Under the pieces are notes generated by a model. It worked only from the letters and a program-made list of their open reading frames with translations, had not been told where the DNA came from and did no database searches. A stretch of DNA of 64,000 nt from a candidate division BRC1 bacterium HGW-BRC1-1 (lineage in GTDB: Bacteria; Sumerlaeota; Sumerlaeia; Sumerlaeales; Sumerlaeaceae): contig PHCB01000008.1 in NCBI GenBank assembly GCA_002842095.1, forward strand, positions 209,231 to 273,230, in the 5' to 3' direction. Below, in pieces: positions 50,277 through 60,118 of this stretch (its first letter is position 1; each line of letters begins with the position of its first letter). Both the position numbers and the translations under genes were made by a program.

Positions 50277-51707
50277 TTAAAATGCTCGAAGGAAACTGAA
50301 GATCGTTTCGGGGAACAGGCCCAGGGCAATCACAGCCACCGCTGATCCCAGCATAACCCACTCTTGCAGTGTTGATGCATGAACCTTGGGATCGGACGCG
50401 TCGGCGGGCATCATGAAGAGATGCACGATGATCCGCAGATAATAGTAAATTCCGATGGCACTACCCAGCAAACCAATCAATGGAAGCCAGAAGTAACCGG
50501 CATTTATGGCGGCGGAAAAGAGATAGATCTTTCCAAAGAATCCGACCGCCGGCGGCAGTCCCGCGAGACTCCAAACGAAGATGAGCAGGCAGAACGCCAG
50601 AACAGGATTGCGCCGGCCCACGCCCCGCAAGTCGCGTAACGTGAGGTCGCGTTCACCCTGGATATATCCCAGCGCAGCAAAGGCTCCGAGGATGGAGGCG
50701 GCGTAGGCGACAACATAAAAGAAGACCGCGTTAACGCCAGTGATGGAGGGCAGGAAAGCTGCATTCGCGCTCAAGGTGTCTCCGGCCAGATAGCCAGTGA
50801 GTACGTAACCGATGTGCGCGATGGATGAGTAGGCGAGGATTCGCTTGACGCGGATTTCGCGCAGACCCAGCAGATTGCCCCCCACCATGCTGAGGGCCGC
50901 AAAGAGCCAGATGATGCTCCAGTGGGTCTCAAGGAGAAACAGGAACGGTATAAAGGCCGCCAGCATGGCTCCCTTTGAGGAGGATGCAATGAGGCCGGTA
51001 ACCGTGCCGGGGGAAGACTCGTAAACCTCGGGGGTCCACATGTGGAAGGGCACCGCGGCGAGTTTAAAGCCTACTCCCACCAGCAATAATCCAAACCCTA
51101 CCTTGGCCATTGGGCCCATGTCAGTTGCCAGAGCAAGCGTCCGAATTTCAGCAATCTGCAAGGTACCAAAAACCGCATAGATAAGCGCCATGCCAAAGAG
51201 CAGGAACCCGCTGGCGAAGCCGGCGAGGAGCAGGTACATTATGCCGCCCCGAAGGCTGGAGCGTTTCGAGTATCGGAACGCGATGAGAATATACAGGGAG
51301 ATTGAGAGAACTTCGAGGCCCAGAAAAACGGCCGCGAGGTTAGCCGCGCGTGCGAGAATGATCATTCCCGTGCCGAGGAACAGCAACATGCTGTACCATT
51401 CGCCAGCGTCCTCGTCGGGCACCGTGGAGGCGAGGATTGTCCATGCGATGGTAGCCAGGAAAACCACGGCAAACGCGGTGTGTAACGGAGCCGTCGTTAA
51501 CCATCCCTCACCAACGAGGGGGTAGGGGGTAGCCATTCCATGGTTGACCCAAACGAGTGTGGCAGCGGTAGCTGCCACCAGGCCGAGGGAAATCCAACGA
51601 AGGAAGTCGCGTAGGTTTTGGCTGTCGCGCAGTGGCCCCAGGAGAAGAATGAATGTCGCGCCCATGGCGAGGATCAGATCGGGAAGAAGCGGCTGGTAAT
51701 GTCCCAT
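50277..51707 (-). CDS. nuoN: NADH-quinone oxidoreductase subunit N
   Basis: FKLAAVPFHMWTPEVY, KRILAYSSIAH, SLAGLPP; operon position. Confidence 0.95.
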   Translation of the reverse strand: MGHYQPLLPDLILAMGATFILLLGPLRDSQNLRDFLRWISLGLVAATAATLVWVNHGMATPYPLVGEGWLTTAPLHTAFAVVFLATIAWTILASTVPDEDAGEWYSMLLFLGTGMIILARAANLAAVFLGLEVLSISLYILIAFRYSKRSSLRGGIMYLLLAGFASGFLLFGMALIYAVFGTLQIAEIRTLALATDMGPMAKVGFGLLLVGVGFKLAAVPFHMWTPEVYESSPGTVTGLIASSSKGAMLAAFIPFLFLLETHWSIIWLFAALSMVGGNLLGLREIRVKRILAYSSIAHIGYVLTGYLAGDTLSANAAFLPSITGVNAVFFYVVAYAASILGAFAALGYIQGERDLTLRDLRGVGRRNPVLAFCLLIFVWSLAGLPPAVGFFGKIYLFSAAINAGYFWLPLIGLLGSAIGIYYYLRIIVHLFMMPADASDPKVHASTLQEWVMLGSAVAVIALGLFPETIFSFLRAF

Positions 51708-53335
51708 TACCGCACCTCCTGCTGGTCCGGACTGAGGCTTGCAATATCGAAGCGTTGATCAGAGAGCTGGTTAGAGTTCATGGGCAATAGATAGGTGTGC
51801 AGCGGGGGAGAAGTGGGAGCTAACACCGGGGAAGGGGTGCCAGTTTCAACTGGCATGACCATCGCAGGGGTTGTTGCCCTGCCAGATTGGGGGACGGAGA
51901 GATCGGGAGGGTAATAGAGAGGCCCGGTCACAAGATTCGGGAAGAAACCGATGGCGACCAGCGCCGCAACAAGAGTGCCCAATGCCAAAGTCTCTCGCGG
52001 AGAGGCATCAGGCAGGTTTTTGAAAGCTGTGGTTTCCGGGCCATGCATGGTCGCCAGAAAAATGCGAAGTGAGTAGGCCGCGGCGAAGAGGATGCCAAAG
52101 ACAGTCAGAGCACCCACCAGAGGATGATAGGTGAAGGCTCCGCCCATTACGTAAAGCTCGCCGATGAAGTTTCCCGTTCCCGGAATGCCCAGCGAAGCGA
52201 AACAAAAGAACAAAAGGAATCCGCCCAGCACCGGCATCTGCCGCCAAAGTCCGCCGAACATCTCGAAGAGTCGCGTGTGGGTGCGCTGTTGCAGCATCCC
52301 GCCGATGAGGAAGAGAGCACCGGTGGCAAGACCGTGATTGACCATCTGCAGAACCGCGCCCTGATAGCCCGCCGCATTGCCGACAAAAACTCCGAGGATG
52401 ACAAACCCGAGGTGTGCGATAGACGAATAGGCCACGAGGCGTTTGAAGTCCCGTTGAGGATAAGCCGCCAGCGCGCCGTAGAAGATTCCGATAAGGGCCA
52501 GACCGATAATCCACGGGGTGAAGTAAACCGCCGCGGCCGGCGCCATGGGAATCGTTATGCGCATGATGCCGTAAACACCCGTCTTCAGAAGCAGTCCGGC
52601 GAGGATGAGGCTGCCTGCGGTTGGAGCCTGTGTGTGAGCATCGGGTAGCCACGTGTGAAGGGGAAAGATGGGCACTTTCACTGCGAAGCCAACGAAGAGA
52701 CCCAGGAATACCCAGGTCTGGGCTGTGGCTGAAAGTTCGGTTTGCAAAAGCTGTGTCAGGTCGAAGGTGAGGACACCGGTTTGTGCGGCGTGCTGGAAGT
52801 AGACATACAACAGGGCCAGAAGCATGAAAATGCTGCCCGTGAACGTGAAGAGGAAGAACTTGATGGCAGAGTATAGTTTTTCCTCGTGGCCCCACACCCC
52901 GATCAGGAAGAACATCGGGACGAGCATCAACTCCCACCCGAAGTAGAAGAGCATCATGTCGCGAGCCATGAACACGATCAGGATGCCTGTTTGCAGCAGA
53001 AGCATCCAGATGTGGAAGGATGTGACCTTCTCTTTGATTTCGTTCCAGGAGATGATGACGGCGATGACACCGATGAAAGTTGTGAGCAAAATAAGGAGCG
53101 CGCTCAGGCCATCCACGTAGAGGTTGAAACTGACGCCGAAGCTCGGAATCCAGGGATGAATGACCTGTACGGGGCCGCCGGATGTGCGCGCCATCAGTAT
53201 GATGGCAACGGCCAGATCGACTATCATGATGATCAATGTTGCGACCCGCGCGAAATTGCGGTCGACCCACCCACTGAGGCCGACGAGAGCGGTGCCCAGC
53301 AGTGGGATTAAGAGCAGACTAAGCAGGAGCGTCAT
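51707..53335 (-). CDS. nuoM: NADH-quinone oxidoreductase subunit M
   Basis: WELMLVP, FPLHTWLPDAH, LKTGVYG, KRLVAYSS. Confidence 0.95.
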   Translation of the reverse strand: MTLLLSLLLIPLLGTALVGLSGWVDRNFARVATLIIMIVDLAVAIILMARTSGGPVQVIHPWIPSFGVSFNLYVDGLSALLILLTTFIGVIAVIISWNEIKEKVTSFHIWMLLLQTGILIVFMARDMMLFYFGWELMLVPMFFLIGVWGHEEKLYSAIKFFLFTFTGSIFMLLALLYVYFQHAAQTGVLTFDLTQLLQTELSATAQTWVFLGLFVGFAVKVPIFPLHTWLPDAHTQAPTAGSLILAGLLLKTGVYGIMRITIPMAPAAAVYFTPWIIGLALIGIFYGALAAYPQRDFKRLVAYSSIAHLGFVILGVFVGNAAGYQGAVLQMVNHGLATGALFLIGGMLQQRTHTRLFEMFGGLWRQMPVLGGFLLFFCFASLGIPGTGNFIGELYVMGGAFTYHPLVGALTVFGILFAAAYSLRIFLATMHGPETTAFKNLPDASPRETLALGTLVAALVAIGFFPNLVTGPLYYPPDLSVPQSGRATTPAMVMPVETGTPSPVLAPTSPPLHTYLLPMNSNQLSDQRFDIASLSPDQQEVR

Positions 53336-53344
53336 GGCGTGAGG

Positions 53345-55327
53345 TTACCTTTGTGATCCGATTAGCAAGATGGTGATGATGGCGACTGCACCGAAGAGCA
53401 TGACCATGGCGTAACGAGAAACGCGTCCGTTCTGGAAGAAGATGACCAGCGCGTGGAAGCCGCGAACGATGGCTTGAATCGCTTCAAAAATCCCGTCCAC
53501 GAAAACCCGATCGATCCAGGCGATGACGCCCGAAGTAATGCGGAATCCGCGCACAAAAGTTTTATTGTAGAAACCGTCCATCTTCCAGCCATGGAAGAGG
53601 AAGTTCGCCCAGACTGCTTTGTAGGGCGCCGGTGTGTTGTTCTCAACGGTAGCAATGTCTCCGGCAGGCTCTGGCATGGGTGCCTTGGCGGGGGAGTAGA
53701 GCAGCCAGGCAATTCCAGCCCCACCGAGCGCAAGAACACCGCTACCGAGAAGGGCCATCCATTCAACTGCATGAGAGTGGATGAGCGGCTCTGCCTGCCA
53801 TTCGCCAAAGACGCGCGCGAAGGAATGCTCCCAGATGGGAGTGACGCCAAAAACGATGGGCAGGTTGAGGAATCCTGCTACTATCGCAAAGAATGCGAGA
53901 ATGTACAGCGGCCACGTGAGAAGCCGGTCGGGCAGGTGAACGTGGATATCTTTCCGGGGGGTGCCGTGAAAAACGACGAAGATCAGGCGGAAGGAATAAA
54001 TCGCTGTCATGAGAGCGGTCAGCATGGCGATGCCATAAATGACCGGGCTTCCCCATTTTGTGCTCAGAGTATTCCAGAGGATGGCGTCCTTGCTGTAGAA
54101 GCCGGCGGTGATAAAAGGAATGCCGGCGAGGGATGCGGCGCCCGCGAGGAAGGCGAGATACGTGCCTTTGAGTTTGGTGCGCAACCCGCCCATGTTGTAG
54201 ATGTTTTGCTCATTATGCAGCGAGTGGATTACCGTTCCCGCTGCCATGAAGAGGAGTGCCTTGTAGAAAGCATGTGTGAAGAAGTGGAACACGGCCAGAG
54301 ACCACGCGCCCACGCCCAGACCTAGAAACATGTAACCGATCTGGCTGATGGTGGAATAGGCGAGGATCCGTTTGATGTCCGTTTGTACGAAGGCGCTGGT
54401 CGCGCCGTAAAACGCTGTCAGCACTCCGACGATGGCGACCGCAAGCATGAGGTTGGGGGAGAGGGCGAAGAGGATATGAAAGCGGGCGATGAGATAAACG
54501 CCGGCGGTGACCATGGTCGCAGCATGGATTAGTGCGCTGACGGGGGTGGGGCCGGCCATGGCATCGGGCAACCAAACCTGCAACGGAACCTGTGCACTTT
54601 TGCCAGCCGCTCCCAACAGGAAACAGATTCCCGTGATAAGGATCAACTGCGGACCGGTGAGTCCGCCGAAACCAGGGATGAAACTGGAAGTCGCAACTTG
54701 GGTCCATGCGGATTGCTGGGAGAAAGAAACTCCCACCAGGGTGGCGGTGAGAAACAATCCGATGAGCAGAAAAATGTCGCCCAAGCGCGTGACCAAAAAT
54801 GCCTTGGTTGCAGCTACGGTGTTTTCAGACTTTTGGTACCAGTGCCCGATAAGGAAGAAGGAACAGGCGCCCACGCCTTCCCAACCGAGGAACATGAAGA
54901 AAGCATTTTCGGCAGTGACCAGAACGAGCATTGCAGCCGCGAAGAGGTTGAAGTAGCCAAAGTAACGCCGTTCGCCTGCGTCGCCCTTCATGTACGAATA
55001 AGAGTACAAATGGATGAGCAGGCCAACGCCGGCTACAACGAACGTGAAGGCGAAGGTTACCAGATCGAAGTAAAACGAGGCTGATCCTTGAAAAGGCCCA
55101 GCGGCAATCCAGTTCCAATGGTGCTCAACGAAGTGGTGATGGTTGCCTAAGACCAGAGTCGTGCCGACGTTCAGAACCCAGAGAAAACTCAAGCTGATGG
55201 CCGAGCAGGCAATAATGCCGGCAGCACGAGCGGGCATTCGAGAGGCGAAGATAAATATGATGAGGGCACCGAGCGCGGGAAGCGCCGGAATGAGCCACAG
55301 GGCAGGTAACCCGTTGTTGTAGAACAC
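53345..55327 (-). CDS. nuoL: NADH-quinone oxidoreductase subunit L
   Basis: GWEGVG, KSAQVPLQVWLPDAMAGPTPVSALIHAATMV; GTG start after GGAGG. Confidence 0.95.
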   Translation of the reverse strand: MFYNNGLPALWLIPALPALGALIIFIFASRMPARAAGIIACSAISLSFLWVLNVGTTLVLGNHHHFVEHHWNWIAAGPFQGSASFYFDLVTFAFTFVVAGVGLLIHLYSYSYMKGDAGERRYFGYFNLFAAAMLVLVTAENAFFMFLGWEGVGACSFFLIGHWYQKSENTVAATKAFLVTRLGDIFLLIGLFLTATLVGVSFSQQSAWTQVATSSFIPGFGGLTGPQLILITGICFLLGAAGKSAQVPLQVWLPDAMAGPTPVSALIHAATMVTAGVYLIARFHILFALSPNLMLAVAIVGVLTAFYGATSAFVQTDIKRILAYSTISQIGYMFLGLGVGAWSLAVFHFFTHAFYKALLFMAAGTVIHSLHNEQNIYNMGGLRTKLKGTYLAFLAGAASLAGIPFITAGFYSKDAILWNTLSTKWGSPVIYGIAMLTALMTAIYSFRLIFVVFHGTPRKDIHVHLPDRLLTWPLYILAFFAIVAGFLNLPIVFGVTPIWEHSFARVFGEWQAEPLIHSHAVEWMALLGSGVLALGGAGIAWLLYSPAKAPMPEPAGDIATVENNTPAPYKAVWANFLFHGWKMDGFYNKTFVRGFRITSGVIAWIDRVFVDGIFEAIQAIVRGFHALVIFFQNGRVSRYAMVMLFGAVAIITILLIGSQR

Positions 55328-55335
55328 GGCTGTTG

Positions 55336-55644
55336 TCAGGCCTCCTTGGTTCGGGCAACGACCCACAGGTCGAGGGTTTTGTAGCGTTGGAAAATCAACA
55401 GGGCGATGGCGAGACCGATGGCAACTTCAGCGGCTGCCACGGGCAGCACGAAGAGGAAGAAGGCCTGACCATCCAGCGAGCCATGGCGGGCAGAAGCAGC
55501 CACGAAGGCGAGGCCCGCGGCGTTCATCATGATTTCGATGCACATCAGAACATAAATGATGTTGCGACGAACGACGACGCCCAGCACGCCGATGGAAAAC
55601 AGAATGCAACTGAGGATGAGCGCTTCGTTAATGGGTAACGTCAT
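55336..55644 (-). CDS. nuoK: NADH-quinone oxidoreductase subunit K
   Basis: RRNIIYVLMCIEIMMN, AAAEVAIGL. Confidence 0.95.
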   Translation of the reverse strand: MTLPINEALILSCILFSIGVLGVVVRRNIIYVLMCIEIMMNAAGLAFVAASARHGSLDGQAFFLFVLPVAAAEVAIGLAIALLIFQRYKTLDLWVVARTKEA

Positions 55645-56167
55645 CGATCGGTTTCTCCATTGTGGAAGGTATAGAACCGCCACGGCCGATGTGAAGGCCG
55701 CCGATGGTGCCTATGAGCAATATGATGCCCGAAAGTTTTACGCCGAGATAGTGCTTGGTGAACAGAAGTTCGCCGAGAAGTTTCGGATCGCTGAGTGCCG
55801 CGTTGGTTGCAGCAGGCGTTCCCGCAGAAAGACTGACCACGATCAAAATGAGCAGAAGAAGTGCCAACGCCCCGGGCACGATCATTTGCCGTCTGGTGGG
55901 TCGCTTGGTCGCTTCGTCACCCCGTTGTCCCTGCAGGTTCAACATCATGACCACAAAGAGAAACAAAACCATGATGGCACCGGCATAAACGATGATCTCG
56001 ACCAGGGCGAGAAATGGTGCGTTAAGGCTCAGAAACACAAGGGCCACGGCGAACAGTGACATGATGAGGTAGAGAACCGCATACACCGCATTGCGGGTTA
56101 TGACGACCATGGAGGTCGTGGCGACGGCCATTACCGCGGCGAGGTAGAAGAGGATATTTTGAGCCAT
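55628..56167 (-). CDS. nuoJ: NADH-quinone oxidoreductase subunit J
   Basis: IIVYAGAIMVLFLFVVMML. Confidence 0.95.
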   Translation of the reverse strand: MAQNILFYLAAVMAVATTSMVVITRNAVYAVLYLIMSLFAVALVFLSLNAPFLALVEIIVYAGAIMVLFLFVVMMLNLQGQRGDEATKRPTRRQMIVPGALALLLLILIVVSLSAGTPAATNAALSDPKLLGELLFTKHYLGVKLSGIILLIGTIGGLHIGRGGSIPSTMEKPIDDVTH

Positions 56168-56688
56168 CAGGGCATGTTGCTCCGATAATTTGTAGGCAGC
56201 TTTTCGTTAATGGCTTCGCCCTTGGCTTTCTTGCCGTCGAGAGCCACGCCGGATACCTGCCAGAAACTATACTCGGGATGCTTGCCAGGTCCGCTCACCT
56301 GAAGATCTTCCTTATGGTAGAGAAGATCGGTTCGCACCGTGGCACCCATTTCGAAATCGGGCGTGAGTTGAATTGCGTACGTCGGGCAGGCTTCCTCACA
56401 GAAACCGCAGAAAATGCAGCGGGCAAAGTTGATGTCAAATTTTGCCGCCACACGTCGACCGTTCGGAAGGTTTTCGGCCTGAAGATCGATGCACTGCACC
56501 GGGCATACCGCCTGGCAAAGATAGCAGGCCACACAGCGTTCTTCACCGGATGGATCGCTCGTCAGCACGATGCGACCACGCCAGCGGGGAGGGATAAACG
56601 GCTTCTCCTCCGGGTAGTTAACCGTGATAGGTTTCCGAAACAGATACTTGGCCGTTATTTTCAGGCCAGTAAGCAGACCTCTCAGCAT
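56167..56688 (-). CDS. nuoI: NADH-quinone oxidoreductase subunit I
   Basis: [12 protein letters not shown] and [12 protein letters not shown]. Confidence 0.96.
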   Translation of the reverse strand: MLRGLLTGLKITAKYLFRKPITVNYPEEKPFIPPRWRGRIVLTSDPSGEERCVACYLCQAVCPVQCIDLQAENLPNGRRVAAKFDINFARCIFCGFCEEACPTYAIQLTPDFEMGATVRTDLLYHKEDLQVSGPGKHPEYSFWQVSGVALDGKKAKGEAINEKLPTNYRSNMP

Positions 56689-56736
56689 GAAGAAGCACCT
56701 CCTGCGTCGGGGCTGAATCCGGCATTAGTAATGGGA

Positions 56737-57753
56737 TCAATGAATGGCATTAGGCACCAGATTGGGGAAAGTGAGGCAGAGCACTGCCGTAATGATAAGG
56801 TTTAAAACGGCGAGGGGGATGAGCCACTTCCAGCCGATTTGCATCAGATGGTCATAGCGGAAGCGGGGATAGGTAGCCCGAATCCATACGAAGACGAAGA
56901 AGAGAACTGCGATTTTCAGAATCATCCAGACCGGTCCCGGAAGGATCGGGCCCTGATAGCCGCCGAGGTAGACTGTCGCCATGATGCCGCTCAGCAGAAT
57001 AACACCCATGTATTCGCCAAGGAAGAAGAGGGCGAATTTCATGGCGCTGTATTCGGTGTGAAATCCGGCGACAAGTTCGTTTTCAGCCTCGGGCAGATCG
57101 AAGGGTGTGCGTCGCGACTCTGCGATTGCCGAAACAAAGAAGATGAAAAATCCCAGCGGCTGCAGCAGAATGAACCAGAAGGGACGCTGGGCTTCTACGA
57201 TCAGCTGGAAGTTGAGTGTACCAGCCATCATCACGGCCGCGAGAAGGGCCATGCTCAAACTCAGTTCGTAGCTGATCATTTGAGCCGTGGCGCGCAGCCC
57301 GCCGAGCACCGCATACTTGCTGTTGGAACTCCAGCCGGCCAGGACGATACTGTATACACCAAGGGAACTCAGCGCAAGAAACAGGAGCACCCCAAGATTG
57401 AGGTTCGAAATCGCCCCCCAAACCGGGTTGGGTCCCCATGGGATAATCGCATAGGAAACCATTGCTGTGATGGTGATGATAGCCGGCGCTGCAATGAAAA
57501 GAATCTTGTTCACGAAGGGGGGGATGGATTCCTCCTTGGTTAACAGCTTCAACACGTCAGCGACGGGTTGGAAAAGACCCATGGGCCCGGCGCGGTTGGG
57601 ACCGGGTCGCCCTTGTAGCCAGGCGATGATTTTGCGTTCGGCCAAAACCAGCCACCCGGTAACACCGAGAAGGGCCCCCATAAGTACCGAGGCTTTGATG
57701 ACGGCGATGAGCAGTTGATACCACAGGGGCTCGTTACTAAGCGCACCAGTCAC
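56737..57753 (-). CDS. nuoH: NADH-quinone oxidoreductase subunit H
   Basis: ERKIIAWLQGRPGP, AQMISYE, RTPFDLPEAENELVAGFHTEYS, PRFRYD. Confidence 0.96.
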   Translation of the reverse strand: MTGALSNEPLWYQLLIAVIKASVLMGALLGVTGWLVLAERKIIAWLQGRPGPNRAGPMGLFQPVADVLKLLTKEESIPPFVNKILFIAAPAIITITAMVSYAIIPWGPNPVWGAISNLNLGVLLFLALSSLGVYSIVLAGWSSNSKYAVLGGLRATAQMISYELSLSMALLAAVMMAGTLNFQLIVEAQRPFWFILLQPLGFFIFFVSAIAESRRTPFDLPEAENELVAGFHTEYSAMKFALFFLGEYMGVILLSGIMATVYLGGYQGPILPGPVWMILKIAVLFFVFVWIRATYPRFRYDHLMQIGWKWLIPLAVLNLIITAVLCLTFPNLVPNAIH

Positions 57754-60101
57754 GCTTTGACCTCCTCGGGGACGATGGCGGTTTCAGTTTTCAAAACAGG
57801 AATGGCAATCACTCCCGGTGCGAGGTTCGCATTGAGACGCAGCGGAGCGACCAGTCCGAAGTCGGCTGAGAAATCAGCCACCTCACCTTCAGACAATTTA
57901 CGCGATTCCGCATCAGCAGGGTTCAACTCGACGAAGGGCTGGGGGGCCAACTCACGGGTGGGACCGTGCAGCATGCTTAACTCTTCGGAGCCGAAACAGA
58001 GCTCGATATTCCAGGCAACCAACCCATTGTGGGTTGCGGTTTGAAGATTGCGCCGGGGGCTCTTTGCCACCGGAAGCTTGCCTGCAAGACGAACCCGGTT
58101 GCCCAAATCACCCACTGCGAGTGCTTCCAGTGCCGTGTTGGATTCTGGCGTTATCTCGTAAACATCGCTGAAGGCCGCCTCGCCGATCGCTTCTTCATTC
58201 CCCGTTGCCTCAACCAAGGAGAGCAGCATTTCTCCGGCTGACCTGCTCCATTCGCCGGGGATTGGAAGGCTGTCGAAGCGTTGGGCCCGCCCCTCATAAT
58301 TGAGAAATGAACCGAAGGATGAGTAGTGCGATGCGCACGGAACCACAGCGCTTGCTTGCTGGGTGGTGGCGTTCTCGTGGAAGTCGATAGCGCAGGTGAA
58401 TTCCACTTTGGAGAAGGCCGCCTCGATGTCGCTGAAAGGTGAACCGTCCAGAGCGAGATTTCGTTCAAGCACAACCAGCGCTTTGATTTTTCCTGCGGAA
58501 ATATCTGCGTGCAAAGTCTCCGGAGCGACATCATCGCGTAGGAGGGCAGCTCCCACCGAGTTGGCCGATGGGAACATGAAGGCGATGGCGCACTTGCGGT
58601 CCAGACGCGATGCGCGTTTGGCCAGCCAATAGGCCGCATCAACAACACCAATGTCCTCATGGAGAACGCTGCAGACCACTAACGGATGTTTCGCAGAACC
58701 AAGTGCTGAAATCAGCGCCTCGGCGAAGTCTGTTTGTTCGCCCGAGAGGGCACCCTTTGGGGGAACAGATCCGCTGAGCACATGATCCAGAACAGATGAT
58801 TCTTCACCCGGTTTCACGCGGAGAGAGTTGGTTGAAAAAGAGTCGAGCTTCCCGGCTCTGGGCGAGATGATAAAGACTGGAGCACCGGCACGTTGCGCCT
58901 GTCGAATCGACAGATCCATCATTGGTGCTTCGCCCGTCACATCGCCGCCAACGCAGAGCACGAAATCGGCTTTTTCCATCTCGGGCAAAGAGGCTATATT
59001 CAACTCGCCGCTTACAGTGATGGCCGTCGCCCGGCGCACCGCGTCGCGTTCGGCGTTATTGGCGAACATCGAGATTCGTCCACCTAGAGATTTCATGAGC
59101 ATCGACAGTGCGGCGTTCGCCTCGAGGGAGGCGCGGGGAGAACCGATGGCCGCGATGGCACCGCCTCCGTGTTCGGCAGCGATCTGCTTCAGCTTTGCGG
59201 CGGTGCGAGCCGTTACTTCCTCCACGGGAAGGCACGGCCCTTCAAAGCGTGCGGTTTTCAGACGTGAAGGCACATTGGTGAACTCGCCTCCATAACGACC
59301 GCGGTCGCACATGAAGAAACGGTTCACCTCGTCATTGCGCTCTGGCACTATGCGGCGGAACGTGGTATGGCGAAAGGCGGGCAGTACATTGCAACCCACC
59401 GAGCAATTGACACAAACCGAGCGGCGCGTCTGCAGGTCCCAGGGGCGGGAATAGACCTCGCGGAAAATCTTGTTGGTGAAGACACCGGTCGGGCAAACGT
59501 CGATCAGGTTACCGGAGAATTCGCTTTGAAGAACGCCATCCCGCACGCGCCCGAAGTAAACGCGGTCGCGCGAGCCGAACACACCAAAGTCGTCGCCCAG
59601 GGCATAATCGCGATAATACCGCACGCACCGGTAACAGGTGATGCAGCGGTTCATTTCGTGATGAACCAGCGGACCGAGATATTGGTTCTCATAGGTGCGC
59701 TTGGGGAACCTAGTGCGGCGATGGATATGCTGGGTGGTCACCGTCATGTCCTGCAGGCTGCACTCGCCGCCTTCGTCGCACACTGGACAGTCATGCGGGT
59801 GGTTCAGCATAAGGTCTTCGATGACACCCTTGCGGAATCCCTCTGCATAGGGGTCATTCAGAGAAACGACCATGCCATCGGCGGCCTTGAGCATGCAGGT
59901 CATTTCGAGGCGCGCCGGCTTGTCCGCCGAGGCCGAAACCATCGCAGCGCAAAGGCGGCATGCGCCCGCTTCTCCCAGTGCTTCATGGTAGCAGAAGTGG
60001 GGCACAAGGATGCCGGCGTTGATGCATGCCTGCAGCAGGTTTTCGCCGGCTGAAGTCTCCACAACCTGACCGTCGACCGTTATTTTAATATTATCTGCCA
60101 T
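57750..60101 (-). CDS. nuoG: NADH-quinone oxidoreductase subunit G
   Basis: CYH..GACRLC, NHPHDCPVCDEGGEC, CITCYRC, CPTG, extra CVNCSVGC..C cluster motif. Confidence 0.96.
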   Translation of the reverse strand: MADNIKITVDGQVVETSAGENLLQACINAGILVPHFCYHEALGEAGACRLCAAMVSASADKPARLEMTCMLKAADGMVVSLNDPYAEGFRKGVIEDLMLNHPHDCPVCDEGGECSLQDMTVTTQHIHRRTRFPKRTYENQYLGPLVHHEMNRCITCYRCVRYYRDYALGDDFGVFGSRDRVYFGRVRDGVLQSEFSGNLIDVCPTGVFTNKIFREVYSRPWDLQTRRSVCVNCSVGCNVLPAFRHTTFRRIVPERNDEVNRFFMCDRGRYGGEFTNVPSRLKTARFEGPCLPVEEVTARTAAKLKQIAAEHGGGAIAAIGSPRASLEANAALSMLMKSLGGRISMFANNAERDAVRRATAITVSGELNIASLPEMEKADFVLCVGGDVTGEAPMMDLSIRQAQRAGAPVFIISPRAGKLDSFSTNSLRVKPGEESSVLDHVLSGSVPPKGALSGEQTDFAEALISALGSAKHPLVVCSVLHEDIGVVDAAYWLAKRASRLDRKCAIAFMFPSANSVGAALLRDDVAPETLHADISAGKIKALVVLERNLALDGSPFSDIEAAFSKVEFTCAIDFHENATTQQASAVVPCASHYSSFGSFLNYEGRAQRFDSLPIPGEWSRSAGEMLLSLVEATGNEEAIGEAAFSDVYEITPESNTALEALAVGDLGNRVRLAGKLPVAKSPRRNLQTATHNGLVAWNIELCFGSEELSMLHGPTRELAPQPFVELNPADAESRKLSEGEVADFSADFGLVAPLRLNANLAPGVIAIPVLKTETAIVPEEVKA

Positions 60102-60118
60102 GCGCTGATTGCGTCTCC

